From contig JAUCBJ010002054.1 in assembly GCA_032718475.1 (NCBI GenBank), positions 10,877 through 74,876 of the forward strand: 64,000 nt of DNA, read 5' to 3'. The notes beneath the pieces were generated by a model that was given only the letters and a program-made list of their open reading frames with translations, had not been told where the DNA came from and did no database searches. Of this stretch, positions 58,670 through 64,000 are shown piece by piece. Made by a program: the position numbers and the translations under genes. The stretch comes from Nemertoderma westbladi. Taxonomy: Eukaryota > Animalia > Xenacoelomorpha. The number at the start of each line of letters is the position of its first letter. Position 1 is the stretch's first letter.

Positions 58670-59862
58670 TGTAAAAGCCTTTGCTGAATTGCCCCGTTAT
58701 TTTTATTATCTTTTACATTAAAATACTCTGTAGTTGATTTAATAAGTGTAAGAGACCGTATTATTGCTGTATCGGTGTTTTTAGAGGATCTAAGACCTAT
58801 TTCCTCCGTATGTGTACTGTGAAAGGCATATTTTATGATTCTATGGCAATTCGTGACGCAAAGGGGTGATAGCTACTCTTGAACAGTAGTTACTATGACT
58901 ACGGTTAACAGCTGACATTCATACGTGTTGATTTCCTTTGTTCTACGGCGTCTCTCAGTTCAGTCAGCCAATTAGAGCGTTTTTGTGGCTCCTTGTACAG
59001 AAAATTTCCGAGAAATGACGCAATGCCTATGTGCAGTGTTTACATTCAGTCTTGAGCCAAAGAAAGAACGGCTTGGAAGTATTTTGTGCTGTACTGCTTT
59101 TTAGTCGTACACTAGTAGGTTTAATTATAAAGGGCATATATCCTTTAACATGCCTATATCTCATTGCTGACATACCGGTACTGACTTGTTGTTTTATACT
59201 GCTATTTGCTGTCAGTTCTTCATAATATGGTTGATGAATAATTATATTTGGAATAACGATAAATAACCCCGCAACCCAATATTCTTGATATACCGAAGGT
59301 AAGAGAGAAAGGTTACCAATAACGATTGTGACTTATGTTAAAGTGGTTTGAAGTGAATCTAATGTTATTTGATAGACCCTACATGAGTCAGCCTGTGTTC
59401 CTTTTATATGTGACTAAAATCAGTGAAGATTGGCAGATTAGTGTGCAGTATTGTGCAGCATTGTGTATGAGTGAGTCTGTTAAAGAAGCAATTCCTAAAG
59501 AATGCGCCATATATGTGAATTATAATTAAGCCATATCGTTGTGAGTAGTTTAAGTCATAACTCTGTTTATGTAGATAAAGCGCCACGTCCTAAAGGAACT
59601 GTTAATATTACCGAAGGTGAATAATATTGTCAGAGATTATATAATACTGTCAGTCGAATAATACATTAGGCTTACATAGCAATAAAAATTAAACCGTCGA
59701 ACCCAATCTCCCGGGAATATCCAGCGGGTGAATGGTCGCGCACGGATTGGTTTCGACTAGTGTAGTGAATCAAATACTTGTCATAGACTAAAAGCAGATT
59801 TAATATCTAGAAGACATCTTAATTTGGTGGGTTAAACTGCCAAAGGTCTGAAAGCGCGAACA
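58670..59862 (+). repeat. Element B 5' LTR
   Basis: TGTAAAAG...GCGCGAACA; first ~420 bp essentially identical to element A, remainder diverged. Confidence 0.93.
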
Positions 59863-62030
59863 TTAAAGGATATAGCTTCTTTATTGCAGTAAGCAATAAA
59901 GTCGAAAGTACCGGTCGACCGGTAACCAGTAGGCCTGACTGCCTGATCATCCGGACCGGTACCTACTTCCGTATAAGTACAGCAGTATTATTCGATTTGA
60001 TTATATATGCCGGTAGGTCTTAATAATTAATCGGGGACGCCTGGTTTTTATTGGGATTTTACTTAGGCCTATTTCTGTCAGTTTTATTTGTTTGTAGGCC
60101 AGTATTGAACAGAAGGCGTGTAAACCTGATCAGATTGTACAGACAATTTGTAGGCTGAGCTGTTGTCTGATTGCTGTTAAGTCCGAACGAATTGCAGTGT
60201 GTGTAGAGCACTTGTCCGATTAAGTACGGTTAGGAAGTAGGGGCAGCCAATGCGGTAAGGTAAACCCCCAACTAAAGAATAAGTCGCACTACTGGGTTAG
60301 AGCGCATACTCCCTAATCATTTCGGAGTCTGCATGTCCTGTAGTTTATTTAGGCTTGAGAGTAGTCTGCCATCGTTTAGTCTGTACTTTGTTTGTGTAAG
60401 TCTGTACGGGTAGCGTATAATTTTATTTAAATAATTTGTAGGCTGGATAGTTGTCTGGCTGTTATTAGGTCTGAACGGATTGCCGCGTGTGTAGATCATC
60501 TGTCCGATTAAGTACGATTAGGCAGTAGGGGCAGCGAACGCTGTAAGGTAAACCCCCAACTAAAGAATAAGTCGCACTACTGGGTTAGAGCGCATACTCC
60601 CTAATCATTTCGGAGTCTGCATATACCGTAGTTTGTTTAGGCTTGATAGTAGTCTGTCAGTGTTCGGTCTGTATTTTGTTTGAGTAGTTTGTACGCGTAG
60701 CGTAATATTTATTATTCAGAGTTTATGCGATTATTCGCAACATTCAAGTCCCCAAGTTTGTTCCTACAGTAATTGTGTTTGTTATACATACCGCTATAGT
60801 TAAATTAACCTCGGTACTACACGGGCTGCTCGGCGTAGGTAAAGACTGGTGATTTTGTGCATCGGTCACTCCAGCAGATGCCGTGGTTCTTTTAGCTGTT
60901 CAAGTATATTTAACTACTGATTATTTGTTATACAAGTACTCGTACCTAATTTAGGGTTTAGTGTACAGTACTTTCCGAAGTAATTATTGTAGGCATTATA
61001 TTTGTGTTGTAAAGTGGTTGATAGGCACATTCGATTAGCTCTATTAACTTCTAGGTAGGAACACTCCGTGATACATAACGTAGAACCTATAGCGATACGG
61101 CTATAGGTCGTCAGGCGGTGGTATTTTCCTATCTAGACAACGCAGTGTATTTACTACTACTTATTATTTCAAATACCGTAGTACCCTGTCCGTGTAATAA
61201 CCAGTTTTCTAACCCTTTGTTAGGCTGGTTTGTAGACTTCTTGTAAAATTACCCTAAAAATTCGTATTTGTGTTTTTGTAAAATTTTGTGTTTATTTAGA
61301 GATTGTAATCTCAACCCAAATTGTACGTAATTTGTAGTATTAAGTAACTTAGGTAAATTAGTATTATTTGTTTTAGTGTCCTGTACGTAACACTTCACTG
61401 AAAGCGCACCGCTTTGTGTAGTGATTACTCCCCAGAAATAATAACATTTATTTCAAACATTGACAAAACCCATTAAAACGGGTATATATATATTATAAAT
61501 CAAATCTAACGATTTATAAATCGTAGGCCTACCATACAACCATTAGGTCTCAATATAAGTTGGATTACTGCTCAAATAACGGTAATAAAGTAAGTAAAGT
61601 AACCAAGTAACCCTAAAGTAACAGAAATTCAATTATTTGAAATAATTGATATACCGGTATTTACGATAGGCCTATTATCTTTATTTCTATAAATCTAGGC
61701 TGAAATTATACCGGTACTTGTAATTAATTCTATTTCAGAATTATATATCCTACAAACTGTAAGCTGTATACCGGTATTCCGATAGGCCTATTATATATTT
61801 ATATATATTTGTGCTAAAATTATACCGGTATTCTGTGATAAACCTAGTCTGTAATAATACTTATATAGTTATATATACTATAAGTATACCGGTATTCTAA
61901 TATATTATATATATCACGCTACACTGAGTAGCAGTACCGGTAATTAATTACTAGGCTAACAGGTAATACTGAGTTACTAGACTTACTCAGACTGTAATAC
62001 AGCAGTAGACATTCAACGGTATACATAGTC

Positions 62031-64000
62031 ATGTCTGATACTAAGCAGAACCTGTCAGACAGTTTATTAGATGTAACTATCTGCGACTCAGATAGAGACG
62101 TACAACTGTCTGGTCGTAAATCCAGTTCACCTCCCACTGTGAGGAAGGTCATCCCTCCAGTAGTAATAACAGAACCTAGGCTGGTCCAACATCGTAGGTC
62201 TATCATAGGCACCCGAGCTCAGGTCAAGCGGGACCAACAAGCGGCGGAACAGCAACAACCCGCTAGTCAAGAACTTATTCCTCAGCGGCCCAGCAGCTCC
62301 AGTAGTGAGGATACTGTAGAGCTGACACCCGAGAGCGGAGCAGAGATGACGGATGCGGTTTATACGGATCCCCTTCTCATCCTTCCTGCAGCCGTGCTCG
62401 CTGGGTTATTGATCGCGGTGGAAGAACACCAGATCGATTGGGCGAGAAGTCAACGGTCAACTAGAGATAGCTACGCAGGCTACACTAGTGAAGAATTGAA
62501 GTCTATTGTCGAGTCGCAATGGAACTTCCCCGGACCCGGACTCCCGTTTGATTTATCAGAAGCTGCCTGGGAAGACATACACCGGATGGGAGTAGCCAAG
62601 GAAACCATCGATCCAGCTGTGTGGAAGAGGTCAGCAGCCGGATACGCACAGGGATTCTTCAGCTCTATGGAGCGAGTAGAAAGACAACTGTTTAAACAAC
62701 CTCAAGGACCTCAAGAGCAGGGATCGCTGCTTTATCAAGTTTGAGAAAGAGTTCTACGAATTAGGCTAATCTTATCCGCCTTTGAGGAGGCTTCTAAAAG
62801 AAGACAAGACACGTCGTTGCAAGTTGCCGTAAAGACTTGGTTTCAACGGGTGAGTCGCCAGGTTCAAGGAGCAGCTCAGTGGAAGGCTCAGTTGGAGGAG
62901 CGCTCAACCCATGGAGAATCAACAGACGCTACTTTTTCCCAAGTGGAAAGTGAAGCGACGGCAGAGAAACCGCATAAGAAGGATGCCATTGATATCTATC
63001 TGTCAGACTATCAGCGTTTTGTGGGAGATGAAGAGTTGAGGAGAAGGCTAGAGGGACTTAGCCCTAATAGCGAAGGAGCCAAACTTGTGTTAGATGCGAT
63101 TGATGTGGATATGTTAGCGGCGAACCAAGCTAAATTCGATGAACAACTCCGCATCGCTAGAGAAAGAGAAGAACAAGTAAAGAAAAAACGTATAGAAGAC
63201 AGAAAGAAAGCAGCAGTGGTAGCTGCAGAAGCAGAAAGAAAATTGGCAGCAGCAGAGGCAGCAGCAGAGGCAAAAGCGGCAGCGGCAGCGGCAGAGGCAA
63301 AGGCGGCAGAGGCAGCAGCAGAAGCAAAGGCGACCTTGGCAGAAGCAGCAGCTGAAAGAAAGGCGGTAGAGGCAGTGGCAGAAGCAGAACGGAGGGCATC
63401 TGAAGAGGCAACCCAACTAGAGTTGGAAAATCTTCAAGAGAGGCAAGACAACTTCAATAAACAGTTAACAGCGAGCAATATGCAGATGATGAGTCGATCT
63501 ACTCCCAAGAGACAGGGGTATACATCATCTGAGGAAGGCGATACCACCGACACCGAAGGCGGAGGAAATCGATCTCGCCTAAGCAGACGTAAAAGAACAT
63601 TCCACCGGCAGAAATTGCCTGATTTGCCTCCAGCTGTTAGAAGGCAACTAAATAACACCAAATTAGGTAGTACAGAGCCCACAGACCAAATAATTAAAAT
63701 AGAAAGACTCCCTACTATAGTAGATGAGCCTGAAATAATTAGGCCTGTTCTTGAAATCACCCCTTCGGTGATAGACATACCTGTGCTCCCTGAGACTACC
63801 TATAAATTCCCTCTACATAGCACTAAGCTACTTGTGCCCCGTAGAACTGCCCGAGAGACAGTTCAGGTCCTGGACCCCGAGCGAAATATTCACAATTTGT
63901 CGCCCGTTGTCCCTCGTCCGCCCGCTACAACGTTGGCGACTCCCGCTTCGGCGGTCGAATGGGTGGACGAGAGACGGCGGGGGATGGATATCCTGCTCGG
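62031..64000 (+). pseudogene. Family-A gag with premature stop
   Basis: AGA>TGA at 62742-62744; homologous frame continues; shorter Ala/Glu/Lys repeat than copy A. Confidence 0.85.

Larger units (their letters stand above)
58670..64000 (+). mobile_element. Element B: second family-A copy (5' LTR, 5' UTR, start of gag), runs off the window
   Basis: LTR 58670-59862; internal region colinear with 18299-22523. Confidence 0.95.

Overview
Animal (invertebrate-type, AT-rich, spliceosomal introns) genomic DNA. Positions 2.9-10.2 kb carry 11 minus-strand exons of an axonemal dynein heavy chain (DNAH14-like; linker/AAA1/AAA2) with an intronic tRNA-Val(AAC). Upstream of those exons, apparently inside a very large dynein intron, lie on the + strand two exons of an engrailed gene (eh1 and EH2 motifs; no homeobox exon found in the window) and an intronless cornichon (CNIH4-like) ORF. 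The remaining ~50 kb is a retroelement stack: an RTE-like LINE split by a young non-autonomous BEL/Pao element (family A: Gag+protease only, 1236-bp near-identical LTRs, CATGG TSD), two more family-A relatives at the window ends, a complete 2805-aa BEL/Pao element, a decayed antiparallel BEL/Pao element, satellites and MITE-like repeats. Two headline observations: (1) these BEL/Pao elements lack a tRNA primer-binding site and instead have, immediately after the 5' LTR, an 11-12-nt sequence complementary to a site inside their own LTR, with compensatory changes between copies, which suggests Tf1-like self-priming; (2) the decayed element carries, downstream of integrase, an accessory ORF encoding a DEDDy 3'-5' exonuclease plus three CCHC zinc knuckles. 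All alignments and translations were done by eye; no database searches were run.
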